Source of the DNA: Fistulifera solaris | Taxonomy: Eukaryota | Assembly: GCA_030295235.1 (NCBI GenBank) | Contig: AP026164.1 | Span: 1,798,001-1,862,000 of the forward strand | DNA: 64,000 nucleotides | Direction: 5' to 3' | Shown here: positions 12,439 through 25,265 of the stretch, in pieces | How the letters are laid out: each line of letters opens with the position of its first letter | How positions within the stretch are numbered: position 1 is the first letter of the stretch | The notes under the pieces: model-generated | The model's input: only the letters and a program-made list of their open reading frames with translations | What the model was told of the DNA's origin: nothing | Databases searched by the model: none | Program-made: the position numbers and the translations under genes

Positions 12439-13222
12439 ATGAGCCGACCATTTGTCGCTGGTTATTTCCCTGGAATCACCCGCACTTTTCCTCGAATACT
12501 TCAATTTCTTTTCCCCGACGACGTCGCAGAAATATGCCCTGAGATCTTTCCAAAAGGCATCCGATATCCATCTCTGGCGGCGTTTGCAATTGCGGGAATA
12601 TGGATCGGAGCCCATGGGGCTTACCAGTACAAAACGTTACGGTGGTGGAGAGCAGCATTTGGTTGTTTTAGTCTCATGAATTTCTTCGCTCTTCTCCTGC
12701 ATTGTCTTGTCACCATCACCCCTGGTAGGACAGAAGTAAAAGAACAGCCACTGCTTTGGTCGCTGGACTGCATCTTTACGGGACTGTCCTCCTGTGCCAT
12801 TGTGGGAGCATGTCTGGACCGACTCGTTGATTCCGCTTCATTCTGGAAAGCAGTCACGTTCACGATATGTCTTACTTCAGCTCTTCTTGCAACAGTCATT
12901 TTCTGCACACGCACGAGCACCATCGGGCTAGAGCTTTTCTATCTCGTTCCAATGGCCTTCGCCGGTCACGTATGCTTTGCTACAATGCTCAAGGAATTTC
13001 GACCCGCATGCTTTGCGACCGTAGTTCTAGGGGTTTACTCCCTGTAGCTGGTATCGTTTTCGATCGCTACTCATGTCAAATTATGCGAGAGAGCGTTTTT
13101 ATGATCTTTTGGGTGCTCCTACGCTAATGTTTGCTGGTTGTGATGTCGCTTTCGTGGGATTAAAGATGTGGATCAACCCAATTTTCTGGAGAAAGACTTT
13201 GGACGACCCCAAACAGCATTAG
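12439..13222 (+). CDS. Hypothetical multi-pass membrane protein (frameshifted 3' part)
   Basis: ORF 12430-13047 has several hydrophobic segments and appears to continue in other frames to about 13222. Confidence 0.5.
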
Positions 13223-13306
13223 CTGCTTTTGTAACGATATCTATGCTGTGCACGCGTATGTTCGTGATAGATTGTTTCTGTGTGAAGGTTTCTATTTCGG
13301 AGTGGT

Positions 13307-15162
13307 CTAGTGATTATGACTCTGACGACCGTGAGCAGCTCTCTTGGCGGCTTCGACGCGCTCTTTGATCGCTTCCGTGTCATAACCTTCGTCATACAAT
13401 CGTCTTTTGAAATCATCGGTCAGAATTTCCAGCCCTTCACCGAGTAATTGAAAAGCAAGTTGACCACTCCTTTGCAGTTCTTCGCTTTGACCCACCATTC
13501 GATCCGGATGCAGTTCCATAGCCTTTTGTCGATACGCCTTTTTCATTTCGCGCTCCGAAGCCAACGATGTTACGCCTAGCATAGCGTAAAAATCAGGTCG
13601 CTTTCGTTTACGGACTTCAAAATCAGCCGTCTCGTACGCTTTGCGAATCCTAGAATCGTTAGCGCCCCACTTTTGCAGAAGATCCGTCGACAGCTCCACT
13701 ACTTCTTCGTGTCGCTCTAAAGCGTGCAACACTTGAAATCGAACGAGCCATGCTTCCACATAATCTTCAAGATAGTACAGGATCGTGGCACAATCTTTTA
13801 ACGCGTTCTGGTACTCTTTCAAGCGTAAAAAAGCCGTGGCACGTTGCGTGTACAGCCATGCGTGCAGCTGCGATTTAGGAGGTAATAACGCACATGCCTG
13901 GATCGCTTCTGTCGCTTTCTGCTTTGCTTCTTCAAAGCGGCGATAGAAGAGTGCTTCTTTGATGTGATTTGCTAAACTTTGAATCGATAGGCTCTCTTTC
14001 AAAGTTTTACGCAAAAGAACTGAATCAGGATCGCGTCGTAAGGCTTCTTTCAATAAAGAAATACTTGCATCGTATTCTGTCATTAGAAGATAACACTGTC
14101 CTCGAAGAGCATACGCGTCTGTTGACTGTGGATGCTTCTTAAGGACTTGAAGCGTGAGCCGAAGTGTCGCATCAGTCAGTCCCAAACCGAGATCCGCCTT
14201 TGCCAGTCCCAACAACACATTCGGGGCTTCCAGAGTTTGGGATAGCCAGTCTTGTGAAAGGGACAGCAACAAGCTAAAAGAAGACTTTGCGGCCGCAAAT
14301 TCGTTGTTACCCAACTGAGCACTCCCTTCAATGAAAACCTGGTTTAGCACAGTGACTTGCTCAAGTTCTTTCGCGAGCAGCTTGTCATATTGCTCTCCCT
14401 TGACAACGCTGGTGGCCTGTTGTAGCACACGAAATGCTTCCTGCATAGATCCAAGTTGTAGCAAAGCTTTCGCTTTTCTGGAGTAAGCTTTGACGTAAAA
14501 TGGGTCTATTTCGGTAGCGCACGTAGCATCATGGACCGCAACCGAAAACTCGTGTAGGATTAAGTGCGTCGCAGACCGATTGGCATATAGAGAAGCCAGC
14601 AAGAGCTTCACTTCTTCATCATTTTGTCCGAGGACTTGCAACATATCAATAGCTTTTGTATACATATCCTGAGCCTGACGAAAATGTCTGGATGCAAATT
14701 TATTGTTGGCTTCTTCTTTGTACATGACCGCTGTTTGTTTCGTGCGTTGAGTTGAGTCATCTTCCGCCGTTAACTGATGCGCTGCTTTCGACAAGTGCGA
14801 GTCTAAATCGCCGTAGTCACCTTTCCAGTCGCATCCAATTTGCGAGAAAGGGCATGATACTTGCACTCGTTTCAGTGACCGATGAGCCATAGGCTGATTC
14901 AACGACAACGGTTCGACACTGACGGACACGCCACCTATCGTCATACACTTGTGTCGATTGTTGTTCGAAAACAGCAGATTCTGATGACATGTTGGACATT
15001 CCGTGCTTTTGGAAAGCCACTGACGCAAACAGATCTCGCAAAAGCGTGTGAGCACGGCGTCGTCACCAGAGCATCTAAATCAATCAGCTGTTGACAAATG
15101 ACGCATTCAAAGACGCCATAATGGTGTTCGTCAGAAATGACGTGCTGCAATTCAAAGCCCAT
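13307..15162 (-). CDS. RING finger + TRAF-type Zn finger + TPR + DnaJ protein (DNAJC7-like with N-terminal RING); frameshift near 15040
   Basis: CVICQQ..TPCSHAF|CEICLRQWL..CPTC (C3HC4); CPFSQIGCDWKG..LDSHL; TPRs (LYANRSA, YVKAYSRKA); J domain DFYAMLGV...KKAYRQKAMELHPDR. Confidence 0.9.
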
Positions 15163-17197
15163 TCTTCACTACACACGTTAAGTTTCAAATGAGTTTCTCC
15201 AGCAATATCATGATGATCGTTGACCACTATACAACGATCACAATACATAAAGGATGATTTTCTTTCACTACAGAGTATCCTTTCAGTCAAATCAAATGCA
15301 TAATGACACGCCGTCACTCTTTTCTCTTTTGAAAACAAAACCGTATCCCGCGACCTTCCGTCTACATTCCCCGTCAGTGTGAAGCTTTTCAATTAATTCT
15401 GAGTCACGACGTCGTCAAGAGGGTCCAGTCTGTCCGTACACCTCTAAAACACATTCCGAGCATACTGCGACAAAGGCTAAACTCTCTCGAGTACAAAGAT
15501 TAGACCTTTTCTACTTCCACTATTTGCATACAAAGTAGTGTGATCAAACATCAAACTGTGCGTTCTCGCTTTTTCGGCCTAGAAAACATTGCCACAACTC
15601 CACTATTCACGTCATTTTCGTGCGATTGATCGATCTTTTGACGGTATCAACGGCCCCTTCTTTATATTCCCTGCAAACCATGATGTCTATAGTAACTCAG
15701 AGACTTGGCCGAAAGCGGCGATTTGAAATTCATATCAGTAAGGGTTTTTCCCTTACGGAAGAGGATGGGTTTGCTCAGTGGCTTTTATTTGCCGCATGCT
15801 TTGACACCTCTTAGATGCCTATGCACTGGACAAAAGTACAGGCAGTGGCGTATCTAGAGCGATGGTCTTCGAGGATCAACATGGTTCCACGCGAGTCGAA
15901 CAGCCAAAAGTTTACGGGAAAAGTGTGCTACCGTTACACGTTTCGTTGTCGATGCCTAGTTCACAACTGTTGAAGTATGAAGTGGTAATTGAAGAAAGTG
16001 TCAACAAAGATCACATGGAAACCGGCTGGCTTAGTATCAATCATTGTAAAATCGTAACCGTTATCAATGTTAACAATGAAATCGATTTGATCTTGCAGAG
16101 CAACCGAGTCGGTGATGTTGTCCACTTGCCAGCACCCTCAAAAAAATTTCCAGCAAGATGGCGAAAGGTGACGCCAAGAATGCAGCTTTTTCGGGCACAG
16201 GATCTACCTCGGTGAAGTTTGAGCCTGCCGATGGATTCTCAGGATCAAAAGTGGACCCGCGAATCCCCCCATCCCCCATGTAGCAACAATTTGATCTGCC
16301 TGTATTCCCATATGAAAGTGGGAAACGCCACCAGTTGCGACACCGACATCAATCATGGCCATGACCGAGCTGTACCAAGTCCTCGATTATCTTGAAAAGT
16401 AGGTGCATAAACCGAGTGGTTAAAAAACCACCATGGCGACAATCAAAGTACACCACGATGGTTGCAAAGAAGGAGTTAGCATTTTGAAAAGTTGTGAGAA
16501 GCTGCAGCTGTAGGGAGCATTTGAATTGTTGCGAGAGTCAACCGTTTTCCTTCATAGTGCATGTACAAAATGAACTACATAATGCAGCATACGCCCGGAT
16601 CGTGTCAACGCAAAGTGCATAGCTCCAAACTACAAGTGCCCGTTTCCTTCTTGGAATTTGGAAGTTTTGATAAAACATCTTTCAAAAATGCTATCAAGTC
16701 GCTTTTTGTCAAGCAGCACGAGGATGCCACGAGCCTTGATGGAAAATTTGAAGCAAAAACTATCCCATGCACGTGCTCCTTGCGCGCTCGTCGTTGTCCC
16801 ATCAAAGATCATAAACGCTCTGTCAAAAGTTGACTAGGTCGTGGGTAACAACTTTTCTCTCCATCCGTCAACCGTCGACAACCGTGGCTAATAAGCTTAA
16901 GCCCAAACGAATTGCCCAACAAGTCCAAAGACTACGTACTCCGTAATTAAAATTCAAACACCTAAAGTCAAAATGTGAGCAATGGTTCTTTTGGTTCCTT
17001 TCTCAAAAAATGTGAGGCAAACATGTTCTTCTTAGAAGTCGTGACAAAATCCAGTCGCAAACAACTCGATTACACTAGGAACAGGAACCCTCTAATTGGT
17101 ATGGAAGGGGATAAAACGAGATGCCACAACAAGAGACGTGTTTGCCTTATGAACAATAACAATCATGCTATCTTAGCTTGTCGTTGTTATTTACGGA

Positions 17198-19579
17198 TTA
17201 TGCGGGGCATATACTAGTCCAATCCTTCACGACGTATGAGTGCTCGCAAAGCTGCGCAATAGTAGGACGATGTGCTTGGTCATAGCACAGGCAAGTACGA
17301 ATAAACTCCTTTCCTTCCAAGGAAATTTCAACTTTATCGGGAAACTTCACTTCGTGGGCATTTAACATAGTTTGATCAGCCAGGATCCTGTCCTGCGACT
17401 GGCCGTCGCCAAAAGGACGTTTGCCAAAGATCATCTGGAAAAGATTACTCCAATCGACCAGACGTCAACCTTGTTGCTAATTCGAACGTTTTCGTCCATC
17501 ACAAAGCATTCTGGCGGCAGGTACCAATACGTACCAGCCCCTTGCGAAGTGAGTTCCATGCTGTCGGCAGGGTCGTGGGTGTCCACAATTTTGCTGAGAC
17601 CAAAGTCTGTAATCTTAGCGTCACCCTTCTCGTCGAAAAGAATGTTGCCTGGCTTCAAATCATAGTGAATTATTCCCTGCCGCTCTGCTGACGGATGGCT
17701 CAAGTAGTTCATACCGGAAAGGATTTGAAGTAAGATAGCTCTTGCATCGCGTTCTGGTATACGCCGCTTGTCTTTTAGCAGGATATCCAGGTCAGTTCCA
17801 CTGCAGCACTCCAACACCGTGGCGAAGGAATTGCTGTCGATTTCAAACACATCATACAAAGAAACAATGCGTGGGTGTCGGACGTTTCTGTGGATCTCAT
17901 ATTCCCGGGAAACATGCTTTGTATAGTTTTTCTTTCTTTGAATCAGACCATCTCGGATCGAGCTGGTGAATTTTGACTGCAACTTCACGGAGCTCCTCCA
18001 GATCGTATGCCCTCCAGACTTCTGAAAAACCTCCTTTCCCTAACAACGATTGCAGAACATAGCGATCGTTTAACTACATGGAGGAGTGAGTCGTTGAACA
18101 GCAGGATGCCCTTGTAGCACGAGAAATCGAACTCACCTTTGGACGCGAGCGAAAACGGGACGAATCCTCGCTAGCTACGCGTTTTAATGCGCGAATGTGT
18201 CGCGTCTTTTCAACGTTCAGTCGCTTCTCTTCCTCGCACAATTCCCGTTCCTCCTGTCGAAGTCTTCCGATATGATAGAGAGTCGACTCGATGTGCTCCG
18301 TGATCTCCAGGGGCGTCTTCCCGTCCTGTGGCTCTTGTTGCCGTTGCTTTAGTTCTTTTAAACTCTTCGCCAGCTTCTCCTTGGCGTCATTCAGTTGCTT
18401 TGTGGCGTGCCCATCTTGCCATGTCTCTTGCCATCGCACTCCGGTACGGACGATTCGACCCAATCGGGCACCATCCGCTGCCAGCCGTTCCCGCTCTGTC
18501 ATCGCTTCTTGTTCGGCGGTTTGACGAAGAAATTCTTCGAGCACACTGGTGGTGGCCGATTGCTGCTTTTGCGCTAGTTCCTTGAATTCCTTCAGCTCAG
18601 ACTCTCGTTGATTTAACGCCGATTGAAGAGCTGTGTGTATGATTGTTCGGTTGTTCGATACGGCAGAAAGCAGTTCTTCCTTGTCAAGGCACTCCTTCTC
18701 GAGATTTTCGCATCTGTTTTTCCAGTACTCTACCCTTTCCTCTTCCTTGATTTCCACCACATTTGACGTAACTAGTTTGACAGGCTCATCTTCGTCTGGC
18801 TTGGCATCTACTGCATCTTCTTTTCGAAAGTAGTAGAAAAGAGATCGCGAATTGGATGGTTTGGTTCGCTTGGGGCGAGGACTTTCTTCTACCTTGCGTT
18901 TCGGCGCCGTCGGTCCTAAATTCTCTTTAATGGACGGACGATCACGTTTCACAGGCACATACTGTTTGCGCTTTTTGTCCTGAAAAACAGAGTGATAGTT
19001 TAGGCTCAGTCGCCGCGTATACTTCAGAAAATATCGACTCTGTGTGGTGTTGGTACTTACGGTTGTTGTGGTAACGGAATTGCTGTTGTGGTTGCTATTA
19101 CTACTGAAAATATTTTGCATAGATATAACGGGCGTCGAAGAGGGTGTTTCAGGAGGAGCTACATGCGCTGTCTTTTTGCTGTGGTGACCCGTCAGAATGG
19201 TAGCGGCATTGGAAGCACTATCACTGGGAGACGCGTCGCCAGCGATCTTGCGCAAATGCTTGGTAGTTGCCGCCTCGACGATGGAAAGGGAGGAGCGACG
19301 AGCCGCCTTTTGTCGGGCGGATATAGATTGAGAATGACCGGACAAGGACGGAGTATCGAATCCAAACGAGTGCTGGCTGTTGTTGAGGCGACTGCTGCCT
19401 TGACGGCTGTGCTGATTTTTGATGCGCGGTGTTGTGCTTTTGTGTGTTGCGACAGACTCTTCCTCGCCCACATCTTCGACAGAATTCGGCGGCGTCGCCG
19501 GAGGAGCAGTAAAACGAGCTTCCAGTAGTTCCAGCTTACGCTCAATCTCGCTTGTGGTCGTCGTGCGCCGGCGTAACAT
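17198..19579 (-). CDS. TLK: Tousled-like serine/threonine kinase; introns incl. 18074-18136; frameshifts near 17950 and 17434
   Basis: Coiled-coil region with RLG..VR.G..W.ETW.DG and SEDSSRF; kinase motifs [61 protein letters not shown]. Confidence 0.95.
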
Positions 19580-20198
19580 CGTTGTGTCGAAGAAAAGAGC
19601 GGGGCAGGATTGTGAGAATTAAAGCCTCACTGCGCCAGAAGATAGTCCCCGGTTAGCCGATCGGGAGACCTAGTGTAAGGTGGAAAAATGACGCTTATAC
19701 TGGCAGTCGCCACAGGAACATGAGCCGCACCAAAGTGAAAGGAATATCTGTTTGCGGTGAATGGTGATGGCGTGTCGCAAATGCGCAAAACATTGCAAGT
19801 TTGGTGGAGGGAAAACCGAGGGCGCTTCCGCAAAGGCTCTGCGCGCGTTAACCACGTCGGCCGCATGACGTCAAAATAATGTCAATCCTATGCAGGCAAA
19901 ATTGCACTTAAAGGGCAACGGGCGCGCCCGCGCTTGATTTAAAAACTATCAATCAAATACTGCCTATAAGCACCATTGGATATTTCTATAGTCATTAGTG
20001 CCGCATTCGATTATTCGACTGTACAATCATGGTATCGCACCACCACTGACTAATTATGAGCGTGGGACAGACGAGACGTGTTTTTGCCACCAATTTGCCG
20101 CTTGCACGATGAGACGAAGCACACTGAAAAGATAAGAAATAATACAAGTTATAAAACATTAACATTAGTTCGATAATCTCTAAACTAACATTCGAATT

Positions 20199-21440
20199 AT
20201 GCCTAAAGCAAAACACAGTCACCACGATCACAAAAGCCGCTCTGAGCACCGCGAGAAACCTTACGAAAAGAAAGAGAAACACCATCGCGAAGACGATGAC
20301 ACGGCCCCGTGCCCTTCCTTCGACGCCATGAACTTGAAGCCGGATCTGCTCAAGGGAATTTATGCCTACGGATTCGAAAAGCCCAGTGCGATCCAACAAC
20401 GCGCGATTCGTCCCATAGTGCGAGGACGAGATGTCATTGCACAGAGTCAATCGGGGACGGGGAAGACGGCGGTCTTTTGCAAATCAGCGTTGCAGTTGCT
20501 CGATTCACGAAGTAAAGTGGTACAAGCGCTCTTACTGAGTCCTACTCGAGAATTAGCGGAACAGACACATAAGGTTGTTTCCGCTCTTGGAGACTTCCTG
20601 AATGCATCGTGCCACGCATGTATCGGGGGGAAATCACTGGGGATGGACATCAAAGCGCTCGAGCAGAACAACGTCCAAATCGTGTCGGGTACACCCGGCC
20701 GTGTCTTTGATTTATTACGACGAGGTGCTTTGGGTGTACAAAATTTAAAAGTGATGATTCTGGACGAAGCGGATGAAATGTTGAATAGAGGATTTAAGGA
20801 GCAAGTCTACGATATTTATCGCATGCTGCCACCGACAGCGCAAGTTGTTTTGATGAGTGCAACATTGCCAGCCAGTGTGCTGGAAATGACGCGACAGTTT
20901 ATGAAAGACCCCGTTAGAATATTGGTGCGACGAGACGAATTAACTTTAGAAGGCATCCAGCAGTTTTTCATAGCCGTGGAAAAGGAAGAATGGAAGTTTG
21001 ATACCTTGTGTGACCTCTACGATACGCTGACCATTACTCAAGCAGTAATCTTTTGCAATTCGAAACAGAAAGTAGATTGGCTGGCACAGCAAATGAAGGA
21101 AAGGGATTTTACAGTTTGTTCCATGCATGGCGATATGGATCAATCGGCTCGTAATGGAGTAATGGAGGAGTTCCGATCCGGAAGCTCAAGAGTATTAATT
21201 GCCACAGATTTATGGGGACGTGGTATTGACGTCCAACAAGTGAGTTTGGTTATTTGTTATGACTTACCAACCAACAAAGAGTTGTATATTCATCGAATTG
21301 GGCGTTCTGGGCGTTTTGGTCGTAAAGGAGTTGCCATCAACTTTGTTCGGGAAGAAGATACGCGACTTCTCCGTGAAATTGAGCAATTCTACAGTACACA
21401 AATTAGGGAAATGCCGACCAATGTGGGTGATTATCTCTAA
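20199..21440 (+). CDS. EIF4A3: Eukaryotic initiation factor 4A-III (exon junction complex DEAD-box helicase)
   Basis: [82 protein letters not shown]. Intact 413 aa. Confidence 0.95.
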   Translation: MPKAKHSHHDHKSRSEHREKPYEKKEKHHREDDDTAPCPSFDAMNLKPDLLKGIYAYGFEKPSAIQQRAIRPIVRGRDVIAQSQSGTGKTAVFCKSALQLLDSRSKVVQALLLSPTRELAEQTHKVVSALGDFLNASCHACIGGKSLGMDIKALEQNNVQIVSGTPGRVFDLLRRGALGVQNLKVMILDEADEMLNRGFKEQVYDIYRMLPPTAQVVLMSATLPASVLEMTRQFMKDPVRILVRRDELTLEGIQQFFIAVEKEEWKFDTLCDLYDTLTITQAVIFCNSKQKVDWLAQQMKERDFTVCSMHGDMDQSARNGVMEEFRSGSSRVLIATDLWGRGIDVQQVSLVICYDLPTNKELYIHRIGRSGRFGRKGVAINFVREEDTRLLREIEQFYSTQIREMPTNVGDYL

Positions 21441-21678
21441 ACATTTGTCAGTGGGTGGTATTGACGAGAGGATCCTAGTATTCAGGTTTTTTTTCAAAAA
21501 TCAAGTTCCAGCGACATCAATTTTGATATACACTGACAACGTCATCAGCTTGCCCCCATACTCAATTGCCGATACATTCGCGTTCGTACCGATCCAGCAA
21601 GTCAAGTTTTCTAATAACTCCGATAATTGATGATCAGCTTTAACACACTTAAGACGTGTCAAACGTCTTTCTATGGCT

Positions 21679-22737
21679 TTAGTAGGGTGTTAAGCCTACC
21701 GTCTCTTCCATACCAGCCCGTGTTGTGACTTGCTGGGCTTCAACAAAGAAAAAGTGGGTGCGCATGTATTTCATGGCAGCGACAGGGATCAAGAAACCGA
21801 ATAAATTGACCGACCAGTAAAAGAAATTGGAAATGGCGAGCAAAAGTCCCGCCCACCCCAAACCTGGCGCAACAACAAACCTCCACAGATAAGTTAGACG
21901 AACACTATTGTATGCAACAGGAATCAGAATGCGAATAGGTAAGGGTGTCGAGATCAAATGGCGCCGGCTCAACGATTCCGATGTGGCCTGACAGCACAAG
22001 AGAAAGAGCGGTCGTCCTGCTAGAGCAGCGTTTAGACAGCCTCCTCCGTAGGTATGATGATAAATCCATAGCACGGGCGCAAACAGGCCCAAAAAAATTC
22101 CAAGTTTCAGCCATTTGTCGTAAATGGGAGACTGGGATAATTGGTATCCCAGAGGGTTGGATATTTGCAAGGGAACGTGGCCTTGTGGTGGTAGAGCGGG
22201 GAGAGTTGGAATGCCTGTCCGACTCGCAAGATTCGACCAATTCGCCAGGAGACAAAAATAACCGGATAGGAACGTGACTAACAGCATATCGATCGGCTGC
22301 ACCATAGGCAAACAAGCCAAACCCACAATAGCGGGGGTTCGGTCAATCGGTTCTGTGGCTTGCTCCTTTTCTTCTTCTCCTGCCGCTGCTCGTCGTAGGA
22401 TACGAGCGACGCGAGGGGGTAAAATGCTCCATTGCCTCTTTCTCTTTTCTTCCAACGGATTGTCGGCTGGAGCAACAACTTCGTCCTCGATGATCCTCCG
22501 TTGTTGTTGATAGCGTTTGGCAACGTCGTCCGGTAAAATTCCGTTGGGGAAGGAATCTTTCAAATCGACGATTCCTTCGTTAGTGGGAGGCCAGATCTCT
22601 GCTCCTTTGCCATAAATTGTTTCTCCAAAGAGCCGACTTTGTTGCATACGCGAGACCATTAGTTGGTGCGGTTTTAAAGAAAAAGCGCATGTTTCTGGAG
22701 ACCAAAATGACGCGACGATAAGGAGGAATCTTAGCAT
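21679..22737 (-). CDS. Hypothetical plastid-targeted membrane protein
   Basis: Signal peptide ending ETCA-F (ASAF-type bipartite motif), followed by a transit-like region and several TM helices. Intact ORF. Confidence 0.7.
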   Translation of the reverse strand: MLRFLLIVASFWSPETCAFSLKPHQLMVSRMQQSRLFGETIYGKGAEIWPPTNEGIVDLKDSFPNGILPDDVAKRYQQQRRIIEDEVVAPADNPLEEKRKRQWSILPPRVARILRRAAAGEEEKEQATEPIDRTPAIVGLACLPMVQPIDMLLVTFLSGYFCLLANWSNLASRTGIPTLPALPPQGHVPLQISNPLGYQLSQSPIYDKWLKLGIFLGLFAPVLWIYHHTYGGGCLNAALAGRPLFLLCCQATSESLSRRHLISTPLPIRILIPVAYNSVRLTYLWRFVVAPGLGWAGLLLAISNFFYWSVNLFGFLIPVAAMKYMRTHFFFVEAQQVTTRAGMEETVGLTPY

Positions 22738-23286
22738 GTTGGATTGGTCAAATAGATGATTCAAAATTGTTCGGTGATGCTTTTTCAGAACGAATAACTA
22801 GGCCCGCGCTGTCGACCGCAAATAACGTGCAATGTCTCCGTAAAGATTAGAAATGAATGCTCTCCTCGGTTCACGATTCTTGTTTACAAGCAACTACCTT
22901 ATTTTGGTCACCATGTCTCCATGGTCGCAATATCAATAATGAAGGGCAAAACGTCAATCGTCGCACATCATGACCGTCGTGAAGTCGTACAGGTACAGCA
23001 CTAATGCTAATGGAAATCCACCATGTACGGTACCGTAATTCGGCGGTCACGTCGCGGAGGTTTCGACGCAAATAATCGAGATCGCATATAATCAAGGATA
23101 TAGATTGTTAACCGTGAACTATTATCTTATACATGTTGATGAAAACAGTTTCATGTGTGGCTTGTTTCGTTACCGCTTCAACCAGACTGAAATCCAGTCG
23201 TGGATTCTCGTAACAATCAAGGGAGTCATCGAAGCCACTAAATTCAAGTGTACTACGTATTTGCTTCTATAAATGTAGGTTAGTTA

Positions 23287-24962
23287 TCACAAGGTTGTGT
23301 TCAGTGTCGAGTTGTTCATAAAGACCTCAGAGAACATTCGGTGGGAATAGTTCAGCAAATCTTCGACTGAGGTACTATTCAGGTAATTCGTTGACGACAG
23401 ATAAAGGGCCGTGGCCTGGTCTCCGAAAAATTCTCCTAAAATTGCAATCACTACACTCGCGGTGGCGGTCATTAAGAGGATACGTAATGCAACTTTTTGT
23501 TGCTTGAACGTTTTGAGGAACGAACCGTAGACCTCGACCGCACCAGCCTCATCTGGTCTTGCTTTGAGCGCACGATATGCTAGAGACAACGGCAAAATGA
23601 AAGCAACTGATGATAGAAGAAGGACGCCGCCCCAAGAAAGAAGCGTTCCAATAGCATCACCGGCATAAAACGCCCACCCAATACCCCAAGGGATCCAAAC
23701 GACGAGCCAGTTGGAAAGGAGACACTGCATAAGCCAGAATGAGTCAAATTGTATCTTGTTAGCACGGAGAAGAGCGGAATATCCAAGCCAATGATGAAGA
23801 AAGCAAATATGGAGGCTGCAACTTGTACACCACGGCCAAAGGCTCCCGAAACCATCGGGTCCAGTAGATTGATGTTCACTTTGGGTATTGCCAACGCACC
23901 CATAAGCCCGACACCAATGTACAGAGCCACGGATATCACTGTCGACAGGAAGACAGTTTGCCCGACTCCAACATGTGCCTTCTTTTCGTGGAGCCACGCC
24001 GGAATGGCTAAGACCAAAGCAAAGTTGAACAGAATTACGCCCAACATATCGTCCCATTTTTCACCCCAAAGAGAAGCATGCTCTAGAGTCAGGTGAAACT
24101 GACTTAAGTCAAGACAAAAATAAACCGAAGTGGTTATCAGTATTACAAAGCCAACAACTGGTCGAGTAATCAAACCGTGAGGTGACGATTACAAGGACGA
24201 TTACAAGGACGATTACAAGGTTTTTCGACGTTCGACATGGGCACGGATACTACTTACTCTGCAATGTACTATTCTCTTTCAAATCCATAAGGCAAAGCGG
24301 CACAAAGACAACTGCTGTCAAAAGATACCCCAGCGTCAAGATATACTGTCCATATTTGGCGGGGTCCTCAAAGGGACTGCAATCTCCGCGCTTCACCATG
24401 TATCTTGTGCAATGAGTCCGGTGCGACCACGAGATAAATTCACCCTTATCGGACGAATATCCATAAGTCGTGGCGTGAAGACCCAGCGCACTATCGACCG
24501 TCTGTGCAGTATCCACAATAGCGGCCAAATTGACACAAACCGCCGTCAAATAAAACATGATTTGGGTAGCTCGGTACGCTCGTTCGCTCCAGAAAATACG
24601 ATAAACGTCACTAAATTCAATGCATTTGTCGTAATGCTTGTTTCCGGGAACCTTAGAGACCACGCTGGCCATGTGTAAGCTGCAATAGGCAGACAATGTG
24701 GCGACAGCCACCAAGCAGATTGTAGTGGGAATGATACCAGATTGCTGGTACTGAAATGGGAGTTGCAGAATCGCGGGGCCGGCTAAGGAATTGACGGCAA
24801 TGGCGACACTTCCCATCAATCCGATAGTCTTGGAAGCTGTTAAGTAAGTAACTAGTGAGTAAGAGTGGTAAAGAAAGGTCCAATATTGCTACAAAACTCA
24901 CAAGACGAAGATTCGTCCCCTTGTTTCTGGGGTAAGAGTTGTGTCAACTCGGATGCTGTCAT
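23287..24962 (-). CDS. Amino acid transporter (AAAP / Aa_trans family); spliced; frameshift near 23715
   Basis: KTIGLMGSVAIAVNSLAGPAILQLPFQYQQSG, PLCLMDLKEN, GVILFNFALVLAIPAWLHEK, GLDIPLFSVLTRYNL; multiple TM helices. Confidence 0.85.
24184..24219. repeat. Intronic 12-bp tandem repeat (GACGATTACAAG)x3
   Basis: Three exact copies read directly from the sequence. Confidence 0.9.
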
Positions 24963-25175
24963 TTTGTGGGTCGTATAGTTGCGTTTTTCTAGAATTCTGC
25001 GCTAAGTGAGATTCAGAGTCGTTGGTGGCCGTTGTGCTCCTTGATAATTAGTTTATGCTTGATAAGTGGGTGATCAAAGCACTTGTGTGCGGTTGTGAGT
25101 TCCTTTTCCAATCTTGAATGAGACATTCGGATAAGCGCATGACTGCGTGATGCGTGACACAAGATCCGAAATGAG

Positions 25176-25265
25176 AGTACCAGGTACCGGTACCGGTACC
25201 ACCGGTACTGTACCTGGTACCGGTACCGTACCGGTACCGGTACCGTACCGTGCTTGTACCAGGTA
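25176..25265. repeat. GGTACC/GTACC-rich quasi-palindromic simple repeat
   Basis: gtaccaggtaccggtaccggtaccaccggtactgtacctggtaccggtaccgtaccggtaccggtaccgtaccg... Confidence 0.9.

Noticed and set aside
19866..19873. TGACGTCA palindrome (bZIP/aureochrome-type site) in the TLK/eIF4A-III divergent promoter
   Set aside because: A single 8-mer is expected by chance in 64 kb and has no further support.
24187..24219. Repeat translates as DYKD-DYKD-DYK, resembling a FLAG tag
   Set aside because: It lies in an intron on the non-coding strand, is not the DYKDDDDK or 3xFLAG sequence, and has no vector context. A natural 12-bp tandem repeat explains it.
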